64,000 bases of DNA, taken from NCBI GenBank assembly GCA_964016885.1, contig OZ024743.1, forward strand, positions 99,200,001 to 99,264,000, written 5' to 3'. Of the stretch, positions 25,663 through 39,225 are shown piece by piece. The notes below the pieces were generated by a model. That model did no database searches. It was not told where the DNA came from and saw only the letters and a list, made by a program, of their open reading frames with translations. Origin of the DNA: Eledone cirrhosa (taxonomy: Eukaryota). A program made the position numbers and the translations under genes. The first letter of the stretch is position 1. Every line of letters begins with the position of its first letter.

Positions 25663-25700
<38 letters not shown>

Positions 25701-25927
25701 TTGCTGCTGCTGTTACTGCTACTACTACTGCTGCTGCTGCTGCTACTACTACTACTACTGCTGCTACTACTACTACTGCTGCTGCTACTGCTGCTGCTAC
25801 TGCTGCTGCTACTACTACTATTACTGCTACTACTACTGCTGCTGCTACTGCTGCTACTACTACTGTTGCTGCTGCTACTGCTACTACTACTACTGCTGCT
25901 ACTGCTGCTGCTACTGCTGCTACTACT
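25663..25927. repeat. Mixed (CTA/CTG)n trinucleotide tract
   Basis: About 265 bp of interleaved cta/ctg units. Gives spurious poly-L and poly-S ORFs. Confidence 0.95.
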
Positions 25928-25929
25928 TA

Positions 25930-26348
25930 TAATAATTGTTTCTACTTTTAGCACAAGGTCAGCAATTTGAAAGGAAGAGGAAAATCAATTAAATTGACCC
26001 CAGTATATTACTGGTAGTTTATCAACTCCATAAGGATGAAAGGCAAAGCTAACCGCAGCGGGATTTGAACTCAGAACGTAAATGGCCATAACTCTATGCC
26101 ATGAAGCATGTTGTCCAACACTCTACATATTCTGTCAAGCCACTGCCCTTATAATAATTGTTTCTACTTTTGGCATAAGGCCAGCAATTATCCCAGTGCA
26201 TTACTGGTACTTTATTTTATCGACCCCGTAAGGACGAAAGGCAAAGTTAACCTCGGAGGATTTGAACGCAGATTGTAAAGGGCCGTAACTCTATGCTGCA
26301 AAGCATGGCGTCTGACCTTCTACCAATACTGCCAATCCGCCGCCCTTA
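25930..26348 (-). mobile_element. Two tandem SINE family B copies
   Basis: Two successive gtttctacttt...ctggta...gaaaggcaaag...gatttgaac...tgccaatccgccgccctt units. Confidence 0.8.
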
Positions 26349-29038
26349 ATAATAAAAATAATGATAAGGATCTCCAGCTTAAGCCCAAGTTGACAGAATG
26401 TGCAGGAGGAACAGTTGATTAAATCTATTTAAGGAAGGCCATAGTGAACAATATATTTCCTGTTATAGGACAAATATATAGAAGATGATCATGGTCTGAG
26501 TCCCTTTCATCATACATTCAATCAAAGATGATCTTGGACTGAACAGCAATAACACTAACAACCTATGACAGATTTCCACCCCCCACCCAATCCATTTAAC
26601 TTAGATGTGTGTCTAGGTAAGTATGGCAGATTTTCATTCAGTCCCACCAAATCTATTTTCCTTAGATGTGTATCTAGGTAAGTACAATCATCATTTATCA
26701 ATCTATATACCAAATGATGTCTTTGATGGTCAGTCATTTTCTTAATGGTTTACTTCAAACATATAATTTGGTTGAATGTCCTAGATTCTTCACTACTCAT
26801 CCTCTGTACACATTACCCGTGTGTAAAATATATATAGATTATATGTATAAAATATATGTAGAGATGTGTCCATTTGTGAGTGTGTATGCATGTGCACACA
26901 CATACATATAACAACAACTACACAACAAACGTCATAAGGTGATTTCCCTCCTAAAGCTGGGGTTAACCATTGCAAGCCTCATGACATGATTAGGTATGCT
27001 CTTCATGGGGTTCTTTCTGAGACGGTTCAGAGATATCTTTCCTTCTACCAACTCTTCGAGATACTTCTTACTACTCGCAAGGATACGGTATACTTATTCT
27101 AAACTGGGTAAGCACAGAACACCCATATATATAACTAATATTGTTTGTGTATTATTAATCATGCTCACATCTGACTCTGCCGTTTCACCTATTCTTCACA
27201 TTTATGTGGTTATGGATTCCAGTTTGAATGGTTTTCACAATGACAGTAACTCACATTTCTAACCTGCTACTATGACCCTACTTTTGATTAAATTATTGTT
27301 GTGAAGGTTGCAGCTCTTCTATACTTCCACTAGCCATACCACTAAAATCTCCAGTAGAACTCCAAAGAGTATATATACCATACAGGATGCCTTACAGTAT
27401 CTGTTTGAGCTCTTTGAATTCAGATGGCAATGCTGGAGATGACTCTAGTACCAGGCTCTATTGGCTTTCCTTTTTCCTTGGACAACATTGGTTGATGAAG
27501 ATATGAGACATGCTAGTCTTCCACAAAACAAAATACAAATACCTTTCCCGTGTCTGCACCACGAAGAGGAACTTTCCAGGTGCAGATAGCCAGAGTGTCT
27601 GTAAGAGACTACAAAGATCATTAATGAAAAAAGTTAGCATTTAAACAGCTAGTTTAAATGCTAAAGGAATAAAGTATTTCTTCTAGCTATTTATATTCTG
27701 ATTTCAAATTCTGCTATGGTCAACATTCCTATGGGCTTGATTGAATAAAGTATCCCACAAGTACTAGAGTTGATGTTGCTGGCCTTGAGCCTCAATTAAA
27801 ACGAGACAAATATGTAATTGAGGAAAAGAAAAGAACCCAGAAAAAAAAACCATTCAAAACCAGAAAGATGAAATTGGAATTCATGAAAGTTATGTCCTGA
27901 GCTTAACCTGATTGTTAATGGATAAAGTGAAACAAGAATAATAGTGAAAGATGTTTGAGGCAATTGCTAAAACACACATGCACACACATGCATTCACACA
28001 GACATGCACACACATGTATAAGGAAAGGAGCTGAGAAGTTGACTTGACCAAGGAAATTATATTTTTGTTGGTCTTTCCATTGTTGATACAATTTGCCAGT
28101 CACAGCTCCTGGCAAAATATCTGTGTGTGCACGTGTGTGTGTGTGTGTGTGTGTGAGAATGTGTGTGTGTGTGTGTGTGTGTGAGCATGTATATATATAT
28201 ATATATACACACACATATATACACACACACACATATATGCATATACACACACACATACATATATATATAAATACTAATAATGAAATAAAAGAGAGGAAGT
28301 TGATTTGGATACAGGGAGTTATGGAGGTGGTTTGAATGCACTGTTTAATCTCAGTGAGTTTCATATCTGTAGTTGCTGCCCTCAATGTTAAGGAAGAAGG
28401 AGAAAGGAAAAAGGAAATATTTAAGAGGGAGGCAATAAAAAAAATGAGAAGAGCAATATACGAAGTTCATGGCAAATTATTATTGATAAAGCAATAGTGT
28501 ATGAAATGAGTTCTACATATGATTGGGATGACTATTAACAAACGTTCTACATTCAATGATTATACAGGAAATCAAATTTAGGGTCAAGCTATGATTCCTG
28601 GGAAACAATTCTCGTCCAATTTTTATTCAGCATTCAATCATAATTATGGCTTGAAAAAATATACATCATAGCTGGTAGATAGTTCTGCTGAATAACTGGT
28701 GATTTCTGGCTAATTTGTATGATTCACTAAATTATCTCTATAACTCTTTGGAAATTGTCTCATGGAAATCAATTTTTAAGGTTTTAAAGGTTAACCTCAA
28801 GCTGTTGCTGGTACTTATCTTTTCAGCTCAGCAGCCTGGAGGTATGTGAAATAAAAAGTCTTGCCCAAGGACACAATGTGCCACTTGATCTGGGATCAAA
28901 CCTAAAATCATACAATCATGAGCTAAACAGCCTAATCCCCAAACTAGATAATTTCACATAAAACAAATTAATAGATGAATGTAAATGGGAGTCAGCCAGA
29001 AAAGTAATTATTACATGTTATAGATATATTTTTCTTAC

Positions 29039-29266
29039 CTTCACTGTGGGAGAGAACAGTGCCTTCACACCATTTCTAAGTTTACTTGGTAATGGTAATT
29101 TCCTGAGTTTATTTTCTTCTCGAATGGCTTTCTGTATAGTTCTTTGGCAATAAAACTGGAGTGGGGGCACTATCTTGCTGATCCAAGCTACATAAATCTC
29201 ACAGCCTGATGCTATAAACAATCTGCGGTCATTGTGGCCCCATGTCAGAGCAGTAACTGGTCTTCC
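29039..29266 (-). CDS. TULP4: TULP4 (tubby-related protein 4) internal exon: end of WD40 region plus SOCS box (76 aa, phase 0-0)
   Basis: Translates GRPVTALTWGHNDRRLFIASGCEIYVAWISKIVPPLQFYCQRTIQKAIREENKLRKLPLPSKLRNGVKALFSPTVK, matching remembered vertebrate TULP4 (RPIISICWGHRDSRLL...SLQLLCQQAI...KLTLPPRL...FIPTIK). Acceptor tttttctttgtcag, donor gtaaga. Confidence 0.9.
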
Positions 29267-30015
29267 CTGACAAAGAAAAAGACAGTATATATATATAATA
29301 AAATGTATAATAAAGTAACAAAGACAACAAATACAATAAACTATTTGATCTTTATCCATAGTAGCTCCATTTAGATGAACTCTTGGCAGTTACGTTGCCA
29401 TTTCCTAATTTCTAATTCTGTTAAAATTTTTGCTGTAACAACTCACACTTGTGTAGGTTTAGCTGGCCTTCTACAAGGAGGTTTCTTGGGCATTTTGACA
29501 ATAGGGCTCCAGTCCTATCATGAAAATGACTCCCTCCCTCATAGACTGGACATCAGTCATTTGCAGGGGTTAACCCACATTTACCACAGGTACTCATTCC
29601 TTGTAGCTGAGTGGATACAACAACATGAAATGAAGTGTCTTGCTCAATGACATAATGTGATGTTTAGTTCAAGAATTAAACTCACAACTTTATGATCCGG
29701 AATTTAACACCCTATCTACTAGGCCATGCAACTTAAAATTGATTTAGAAAAATTCCCCATAGATATTTATACTGATTACCCTACACTGGTCTTGAAGTTA
29801 ACACCTCAGAAAGCTGTACTATTTGTAGTCAGTCTCCACCACAGCTTCTGACCTGCAGCTGGACTAATTACAAGAATTGAGCTGATTGTTAGCAGCACCA
29901 GCCTTAGAGATCCTCGCAAAGATTGTGGCTGCTGCTCAACCTCCTCTGATTAAGTAATAACTCAATCATATGTACATCTTCCCCACTACAAAAAAAGCAT
30001 TATATTACCATTTAA

Positions 30016-30238
30016 CCCCTTTGATACCAAACTGCCTGAATTTTTCTAAGCTATTTATTCTTATCTAAAACCCTTATGGCATAATGTTAGGCAAGAGTCT
30101 TATAATATTCTCTAAACACCAAATAAATAATGATAAAGTCAGTCATATTACTAAATCTCTTCAAACTCTTGAATATTTTTGAAGTGGTTTGAAAGTCATA
30201 GGCACTGACTTTCATTAGATATACGGATACCAAAAGGG
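30016..30238. mobile_element. piggyBac-like MITE family 1
   Basis: TTAA-cccctttgatacc ... taccaaaaggg-TTAA. Related AT-rich copies near 8700-8785, 17666, 39830-40004, 44610-44865 and 51310-51440. Confidence 0.6.
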
Positions 30239-30436
30239 TTAAAACAACACTACACCTCACTAAAAAAAATCACTATTAGCATTTAAATAATTTTTATTTA
30301 ATTCTTATGCTGGAACCTCCTGAAATCCTTGAAAATGTGCTTCTGAATCCTATGGGAGAAAACAAAATGTTACACCGTCTGATAGATGCCAATCTTTTGA
30401 TTGAATACTGTTGATTGCATACTAGAATTTAGTTTA

Positions 30437-30931
30437 GTTCTTTTGATACCAACCCATCTGAAACTGTCCCCAGTTCTACAATATAAAACTGTTTGTTTTA
30501 ACCCTTTTCATAGCAACCCAACTAAAACCACCTTAGGTTTTAGAACATAAAATTGCCCCTTCTAAAATTTTTATATTTAAATTAAAATTTTCCAATATAT
30601 TTTCATATGAGAACCTTTTGTTAAGTTATGTTATTTATACCAATTAATTATTAAATCAATAATGATTTTAATAAATTCCTCAAAATTCTTCACTAATTAA
30701 TTATAGAGAGTATTTCATTGGAAATAGGGTCACTAAATGGTTAAAGTGTTTATATTTATTTTATAAAAAGCCTTCGATCATAATTTTATGTAAGAACATT
30801 TCTTAAGTTATGTTCAGAACACCAGTGAATAATGAGAAAGTTAGTTATATTAATAGATCCTTGATTTTTTTCAAAATTACTCAAAAACAGTAGGTAATAT
30901 ATTTCATTAGAAATATATGGTAATGAAAGGG
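30437..30931. mobile_element. MITE family 1 copy with a second family-1 copy (30502-30740) nested at an internal TTAA
   Basis: gtttgtt-TTAA-[ccctttt...aaatgg]-TTAA-agtgtttatatt. The flanks are contiguous in the minus-strand copy near 51360-51440. Confidence 0.6.
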
Positions 30932-32774
30932 TTAATATATTCAGGAGGAAGCAGGGCAAAGTTAGCTTTTAGCCAGCCTCAACAGAATTTGTACTCAAAA
31001 CAACTATACACTGACCTACTGATCTAGTGTTGCAGTTAGTATGCAATTTTGTTATTTACTATTTAAGCTAACATTATCAATATGGAAAAAAGGAGAAAAG
31101 AAATCTAATTATTTATACATGTAATTAATCAACAATATAGCTGGCCCTTATCCAGGTGAGTTATACTTAATTCCTAGATGGTATTTCAATAAAACATAAT
31201 GATTTGATTAATAAAGTGCCAGATCTTTATTTCTAATGTACAAAGTTCAAGCAATCAATACCAAATTATCATTTCATGCTTTTTGGTGCAAAGATGTCTA
31301 ATAACCCTATATGTTCCTAACCCTCACTCTTTACTAAATTGAATGAAAGAAAATACTTCAGAGGTGCAGGCACAGCTGTGTGGTTACGAAGTAAGCTTTG
31401 CAACTACGTGGTTTGGGGTTCAGCCCCATTGTGTTGTACAATAGTCAAATGTTTGAACTATAGCTTCAGAAGCGTCACCACTTATCCAAGGATGGGAGAT
31501 AGGATGTGCACTCAGAATACACAGAGCCAGAATAGATGCTGCAACAATCCTGTCACCTCTGGACAGGTACATTATTTATTGATTCTGAAATGATGAAAGG
31601 CAGAGTCATCCTCAGAAGGATTTGAACACATTTGAGCACCGAGAACTAGACCAATATCAAGGTATTGAATCCCAAACTCTAATGATTCACCAACATAGAA
31701 GGTAATAAAATCTATTCCAATACTTTTATCAATCTGTTACATCTAATGATGTTATCAATTATACACTAATCAAATATTTCGGTATAATTCAATAGCTGGA
31801 AATAAAAATTAAGTCCTTAAAATGATTGACATAAAAAAAGCCAGTTATTGAGTTCAGTGCATTTAACTTTTAACATCCAGTGAAACTGCATTAGCAAGAC
31901 ATTGTTGAAAACTACAAAACAGGACTAACTGCATCCCATTAAGAAGCAAAGTGTTTACTGTAATACAGCAAATGTTCTCAAAGATATGTCCACAAATAAA
32001 GATACTATAAAAATTTGAATTAGCAAACCTGTTTTTAGATATTTTCTGTTAAATCATTGTAGTATGTTAAGAGTTAAACTATAAAGAGTATCAGTTTATT
32101 ATGAAGGAGGAAAAGGGGTTTAAGGCAGAGCTTTAAGAGTGAAAGGGTCACAAAAGAAGCATTTTAATATGAAATATTGAGTAAAAAAGGAGAAGAGGGT
32201 TAAAAAGGAATAAAAATCAACAACAATTATAATAATGGGCTGAAGGAGGAAAGATCATGGATTTTTCATGGAAGAATGGATCATATAACATATTAAGTAG
32301 ATGAATATAGAGGAAAGACATGCACACACCACACACATTGGGAAGTGAAAGTTTAGCTGAAAAAGGAATGAAAAATAACAGTGTCATTTATTGATGAAGA
32401 TGCAAGAGTGTAGTACAGCCGTGAATATGTTACATGCAGTGTTAGGAAAACAAATGTTCACATGATTTAATTATTATAGAAAGTTTAAGCAAGCAAAATA
32501 ATAACAGCATGTAATGATAATTTATTATTCATTTGATATGATGCAGAGCAGGTTGATATTCCAATTTTATGTTCTGGTGACAACCATACCAAATAGTCTT
32601 TAAGATAGTAAATGTAATGGAGGAAAAGGTTTTAGAAATGTTCAGACAACATTATTTCATCTATTTTTCTATTTTCTTCAAGAGACGAACTGAAAATTTA
32701 CTTTGATTTGATATTATGTTTTATTTGTTTTAGTGAAGTAACAAAGAGAATGATAATTGGATGTGTCAATAAGT

Positions 32775-33878
32775 TTTATATAATACTGTTTAGATGTGAC
32801 AATAAGATATATATAATACTGTTTAGATGTCAATCAGTTATATATAATACTGTTTAGATGTCAATAAGTTTTATACAATACTCTTTAGATGTCAATAAGT
32901 TTTATATAATACTATTTAGATGTTATTAAATTTTATATAATACTATTTAGATGTCAATCAGTTATATATAATACTGTTTAGATGTGTCAGATATATATAA
33001 TACTGTTTAGATATATCAATTATATATAATACTGTTTAGATATATCAGTTATATATAATACTGTTTAGATATGTCAATTATATATAATACTGTTTAGATG
33101 TGTCATTTATATATAATACTGTTTAGATATGTCAGTTATATATAATACTGTTTAGATATATCAGTTATATATAATACTGTTTAGATGTGTCAATTATATA
33201 TAATAGTGTTTAGATATGTCAGTTATATATAATACTGTTTAGATATATCAGTTATATATAATACTGTTTAGATATGTCAGTTATATATAATACTGTTTAG
33301 ATGTGTCAGTTATATATAATACTGTTTAGATATATCAGTTATATATAATACTGTTTAGATATATCAGTTATACATAATACTGTTTAGATATGTCAGTTAT
33401 ATATAATACTGTTTAGATGTGTCAGTTATATATAATACTGTTTAGATGTGTCAGTTATATATAATACTGTTTAGATGTGTCAGTTATATATAATACTGTT
33501 TAGATATATCAGTTATATATAATACTGTTTAGATATGTCAGTTATATATAATACTGTTTAGATATGTCAGTTATATATAATACTGTTTAGATGTGTCAGT
33601 TATATATAATACTGTTTAGATATATCAGTTATATATAATACTGTTTAGATATGTCAGTTATATATAATACTGTTTAGATATGTCAGTTATATATAATACT
33701 GTTTAGATGTGTCAGTTATATATAATACTGTTTAGATATATCAGTTATACATAATACTGTTTAGATGTGTCAGTTATATATAATACTGTTTAGATGTGTC
33801 AGTTATATATAATACTGTTTAGATATATCAGTTATATATAATACTGTTTAGATATGCCAGTTATATATAATACTGTTT
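32775..33878. repeat. 29-bp minisatellite, about 38 copies
   Basis: Unit gttatatataatactgtttagat(a/g)t(a/g)tca. Period 29 (e.g. agatat at 33241 and 33270). Confidence 0.95.
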
Positions 33879-34077
33879 CACTAGATTTCTACTGCAAAAT
33901 AATAATACATGTTTATTCAAATATCATACGGGATGCAACAGTAAGCAGGTGAATACAAGGTATAGCAGATAAAAAAAATGAATGAAAACAAAAAAATATT
34001 CACTGAAACAAATAATACACAATATTATATAATACTATACAGAAATAACAATATACATAAATATTTTTAAATGTGTA

Positions 34078-34363
<286 letters not shown>

Positions 34364-34505
34364 CAGGAACGAGTAGGACCCCAATGGCTGAGCTCAAGCC
34401 GTTTCGTCAGGGTCCTACTCGTTCCTATTACCCACTCTACTACCCTAAGTATTGAGTACTTTGGTGCGTTATGGTCCATCTGGTTCTTTACCACATTTCC
34501 TTTGT

Positions 34506-34608
<103 letters not shown>

Positions 34609-35080
34609 ATACTTTGAGAGGGTCATTTTGCCAATAAATGTTTTCATCTTTTCAGATAAAGGATCTTGCTAAACAAATTCAGAATCAAAATATATATATA
34701 TATATATAGTAATAATAATACATTTGAAGACTAAAATCCAAAGAGGGCTCGATAAGGATAAATATATATCAAATATATAAGAACTGTAGAGCAAATATTT
34801 ATTAAAATAACAGATTAAAGTTTAAGCAAAGAATCGCTGCTTTCACCCTTAACGGGATCTTCTGAAACTAACAAAGTCAATCTGTGAACGCAGAAGTGAA
34901 TATTTCAAAAAACGTTGCAACCGGAGGAAGACAGGAAGATGATACTTTGGTTCGTGGAAACGTTCTCTGGCAAAGAACGGGAAAAAACGATAATACGTCA
35001 TTATTTGGAGCGGTGAAAAACCATTACACGCAAAGACAGAACCACCCCTCGGTTGAGCACTCTATTGACTTATATTCATC

Positions 35081-37201
35081 ATGCAGAAACAACATCTGAA
35101 TATTTCTACAAAGAACATACCCATACCAAGCAGGAAAACATACCTAAAACTCCTGATACAGAAAACAGACGCGTTCATTAAAAGGTTGCGTTGGCGTGCC
35201 TTTTATTTCGATAATCAGCGAAAAGCATACAACAAACAGGATAAATTTGGGTTTAAAACCTATAATAACCCTCCGTGTAACCCAGCATTGCTACCCTTCG
35301 AAAATGATGTCTTGGAACTCATACGGAGTATCATTTCGGAATAGGAACAATTCCTTCCAGCAGGACCTGAAGAATAGAATTCGTTCTATTAAGGATTCTA
35401 ATGCGTGCACGTCCATTCCGACAAAACTGGCAACCTATATCAAGTGGAGCGCAGTACTAACCATCAACTACTACATAATGCTGTAACTAAGGATTACCGT
35501 AAAACTAATTGGAGCGTCATCAATGAAATCAACGATGCTGGGTTTAAAATCACCTCTGATCTCAACATCCTGGACTGGACCGAACCTCTGCACCCTATTT
35601 CTCCCCACTTTACCCTGAAGGATCACAAATCCAATTTTCTGAACAACCCCTCTATTCGGCTTATTAACCCTACGAAGTCCGATTTAGGTAGACTTAGTAA
35701 AAGGATTCTTGATAGAATTATACCTGAAATTAGAAGTTTGGCCCCTCTTGCACTATGGAACAATTCTTTCGCGGTGATTGATTGGTTCAACGGCATATGC
35801 AACAAGGAACATTGCCGTTTTATCCAATTCGACATCAATAATTACTATTCCTCTACCACTTTACCACTTCTCCTTAGAGCTATCAATTTCGCTAAAACAC
35901 TCACAGTGGTTAAGGATTTCGAAGTTGATGTCATCCTCAATGGCCGTTAATCGATGATTAATTTCGACGACTCTATTTGGATTAAAAAATCTAATAGTAC
36001 CTCATTCGACGTGAGTATGGGCGCCAGCGATTCTGCGGAGGTTACTGATCTTATCGGCCTTTTCCTTCTTTTCTCTATCAAGGAAGAATTCCCCAACGTG
36101 GGCGGTGGTTTGTACCGTGATGATGGTCTTTTGACCATGACTAAGTGCGGCCCTCGTGCTTGCGACAGGTTCAGAAAAGAACTCACAGCCTTCTTTAAAG
36201 GCTTCAACCTCTCTATACAGGTTGAGGCCAACTTCTTGGTCGTTAATTACCTCCACGTTACCCTCAATTTATCGAAAGCCTTGTATTACCCGTATAGAAA
36301 GCCGAATGATACGCTTAATTACATAAGTAAGCATTCCAACCATCCTGCCAGCATAACCAAGAACCTGGTAAGAAACGTTTCTTTGAGGCTTTCCCGTCTA
36401 TCTACTAACAAGCATATTTTCAACGACCATTCCACATGTTACAATGAAGCTCTTGCTTGGAGTGGATTTGTCGATAAGGTAGCATATACAGAGTACGAGA
36501 ATAGACCTAGAAGAGTTAGATCCTGACGCATATGGTAGAACCCACCATATAATATGGAAGTGGCCACACCATTAGCTAAGATCTTTCTATCCCTTATTAC
36601 GAAGCATTTCCCCCTACACATAAATACAGTAATATTTTTAATAGAAATACTATTAAAATTTCTTACTCTACGACTCCTAACCTTGCACATAACATCACAG
36701 CTTCAAATTTAGCTAAACTACCTAGCCGTAGGAACACGTGCAACCCTGTAGTTAGTACTAACTGTAATTGTAGGAATCGGGTTGACTGCCCCCTATCCGG
36801 GAAATGCCTCTCTAGTAACATTGTCTACAAATGTAAGGTTGAAACACCCACGTCCCGTAGGCCTACATAGGGTTAACCGCCAATAGATTCAAGCAACGTC
36901 TTTACATGCATACCCATTTTTTTCTTACCCTCTAAGAAGGAATATGACGCCACTTTCAGCTTATATCTGGAGTCTAAAAGACAACCACACCCAATATAAG
37001 TAACACTGGGAGATCCTAGCTAGGGCTAGATCGTATATCGGAATTAAAAGACCATGTGACCTCTGCGCCGCTGAGGCCCTGGAAATTCTCTACGCCACAG
37101 ACCACATCTTAAACAAAAAATCTGAGGCAATTTCGGCTTGTAAACATAAATTGCACAAAACATTCCTGTATTACAGCCCCACATTATACCCTAACGGATA
37201 G
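35081..37201 (+). pseudogene. Frameshifted Penelope-like RT/GIY-YIG ORF
   Basis: ORF pieces 35081-35344, 35405-35950 and 35954-36526, plus manually read endonuclease motifs at 36760-37201. Several stops and frameshifts. Confidence 0.85.
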
Positions 37202-38127
37202 TACGATCTATACGCAGATATTTTACGTCGTGATGTGGTAGCTAAGTATATGTTATGTTTATACCATTACTTATTTGCATAGGTAAGTATATATTACCTG
37301 TATGTTTTGTGAAGGTACGTATACTTTCTCGTACGTATATTTGATTGTATATGTTATGGCGTATATTTTATATATTCTGGTACATATGCTTTTGGTTATG
37401 TGTATACGTGAGTTTTGCGTCTGTGTGAGTATGCGGGTTCGTACGTATGTAGGGTGTGTGTATATGTGTACTTCGTGTTTTGGTTGATGTACGTCTCCGA
37501 ACATTTGTGTATTTACATGTAGGTATGTGCGTGCGCTTGTTATATATGTATTTATTTATTTATATACGTTTATTTAATTATTTGTATACATGCACCAACA
37601 TACGCACACATATTTATATGTGCGTCTATTTGTATACCTATGGCGAGTGTTTTCACGTATGCTTGTGTATGTACGTATTTGGATACGTGTATGTATTTAT
37701 TTAATTTCAATTACCTCTGTATTTTATATACTTTATTCTTTACTCTGAAGCGGAGAATCATTCGGTCTCCTAGTTAGAATTTTAGTCTACGACTCCAGCT
37801 ATACCATTTACGTGGTTTTGTCTTTGCGTGCAATTGTTCTCCACGCTCCATATATGACGTATTATCTTCGTTTTTTTCGTTCATTGCCAGAGAACGTCTC
37901 TATGAACCACCTAAGAGAACATTAGTCTACGACTTCTTTTATACCATTAACGTGGTTCTGTCTTTGCGTGTAATTGTTTTTCACCGCTCCAAATAATGAC
38001 GTATTATCGTTTTTTCCCGTTCTTTGCCAGGGAACGTTTCTATGAACCAAAGTATCGTCTTCCTGTCTTCCTCCGGTTGCAACGTTTTTTGAAATATTCA
38101 CTTCTGCGTTACAAATTGATTGTGTTA

Positions 38128-38176
38128 GTTTCAGAAGATCCCGTTAAGGGTGAAAGCAGCGATTCTTTGCTTAAAC
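38128..38176 (+). ncRNA. Variant hammerhead-like motif in the PLE terminus (mirror copy 34820-34868 on minus)
   Basis: gttt CAGAAGA tccc gttaa gggt GAAA gca gcgattctt tgc TT aaac. Three stems form, but the core has A in place of U4. Confidence 0.5.
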
Positions 38177-38193
38177 ATTAATCTGTTATTTTA

Positions 38194-38234
<41 letters not shown>

Positions 38235-38539
38235 TAACCGGAATAGAAAATGCTGACAAATTGTTCACAGTTGAAAAATGGTTTAATTAGGAATAAAAGA
38301 GTATTAGTGATTGTATGGGTTAGTATTCAGTTGTGGTTTTAAGTTTTTAAGTTTCGACGGCTATTTCTGGACTAAAGTAAGAGTTTTTAGTCTGGTAAAT
38401 AAATAGCCAAACTTATGGGAAGATTGTAGTTGTCAAGGGGATTGGTCAAAATTTGTAGCAGACACAGAAAAGTCTATCATGGCAGTGGATGCGTTATGGT
38501 CCATCTGGTTCCTTACCACAACGCCTTTGTTATATATAT

Positions 38540-38572
<33 letters not shown>

Positions 38573-38691
38573 GTGTGTGTCAGTCTATGTAAAGTGTTAA
38601 ACTAATATATTTCTTCATTGTACTGTGTTGTTCCCTTTGTTGCTTCTGTTTGTTGCTTACGTTTTGCATATATATGTATATATATATATAA

Positions 38692-38858
38692 AGTTAGTTC
38701 TACAACAAATTAGCAACCCATCTTTGAGGATGCGTGTTTCACCAAATGGATTTTCAACTCGAGTGAGGTTGTACAGCAAAACCTCACTCAAGTTGAAAAT
38801 CTGTTTGGTGAAACGTACATCCTCGAAGATGGCTTGCTAATTTGACGTGTAACTAACT
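38692..38858. repeat. ~80-bp-arm fold-back in (TA)n
   Basis: agttagtt...ttttcaactcgagtgaggtt / aacctcactcaagttgaaaa...aactaact with a ~9-nt loop. Unpaired extension to ~38928. Confidence 0.85.
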
Positions 38859-38943
38859 CTATACCAAACTCGTCCTATGAACTAAGTGCTCTACTTACTA
38901 CAGATATAACCGCCCAGTGTTTTACCACTATATATGTATATAT

Positions 38944-39034
38944 ATTGGCAGTAGCATTAAGACAGTGTTTAATGTTATATGTATATAAATGTATTATATA
39001 TGTTATTAAATGTTGTCTTAATGCTACTGCCAAT
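38944..39034. repeat. 21-bp perfect inverted repeat
   Basis: attggcagtagcattaagaca (38944-64) / tgtcttaatgctactgccaat (39014-34). Confidence 0.85.
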
Positions 39035-39148
39035 TAAATATAATGAGCCAAGCTTGCTCTATATGCAAATGACCACATCCAGCAAATGACCACTTTCAGC
39101 AAGTGATCATCGCACAACATTCTATATAGACTATCGTCTATTTCATAC

Positions 39149-39225
39149 CAGTATGTTCTGAGTGTCACGGAAGAAAGATTAACAAATCTTGAAACAATGC
39201 TGTCTGAGACTCTCAGAATATACTG
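39149..39225 (+). ncRNA. Variant hammerhead-like motif
   Basis: tca CGGAAGA aagatt aaca aatctt GAAA ca atgc tg TC tga. Perfect 6-bp stem II, GUC triplet, extended stem I cagtatgttctgag/ctcagaatatactg. Core has G at U4. Confidence 0.55.

Larger units (their letters stand above)
34795..38201 (+). mobile_element. Near-full-length Penelope-like element (RT plus C-terminal GIY-YIG) with ~250-bp inverted terminal repeats; probably Hydra-type clade
   Basis: Broken ORF 35081-37201: STKNIPIPS..YL..LI.K...FIKRLRWRAF, FIQFDI.NYY, FDVSMGASDSAEV, LYRDDGL, then CNCRNRVDCPLSGKCL..IVY...YIGLT and CDLC...LNKKSE...CKH. 34795-35045 is inverted at 37952-38201. Flanked by TA repeats. Confidence 0.9.

Noticed and set aside
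25499-25970. Poly-Ser and poly-Leu ORFs
   Set aside because: Translations of a trinucleotide repeat inside an intron.
32775-33878. CRISPR-like periodic array
   Set aside because: Units are head-to-tail with no unique spacers, the context is eukaryotic and there are no cas genes.
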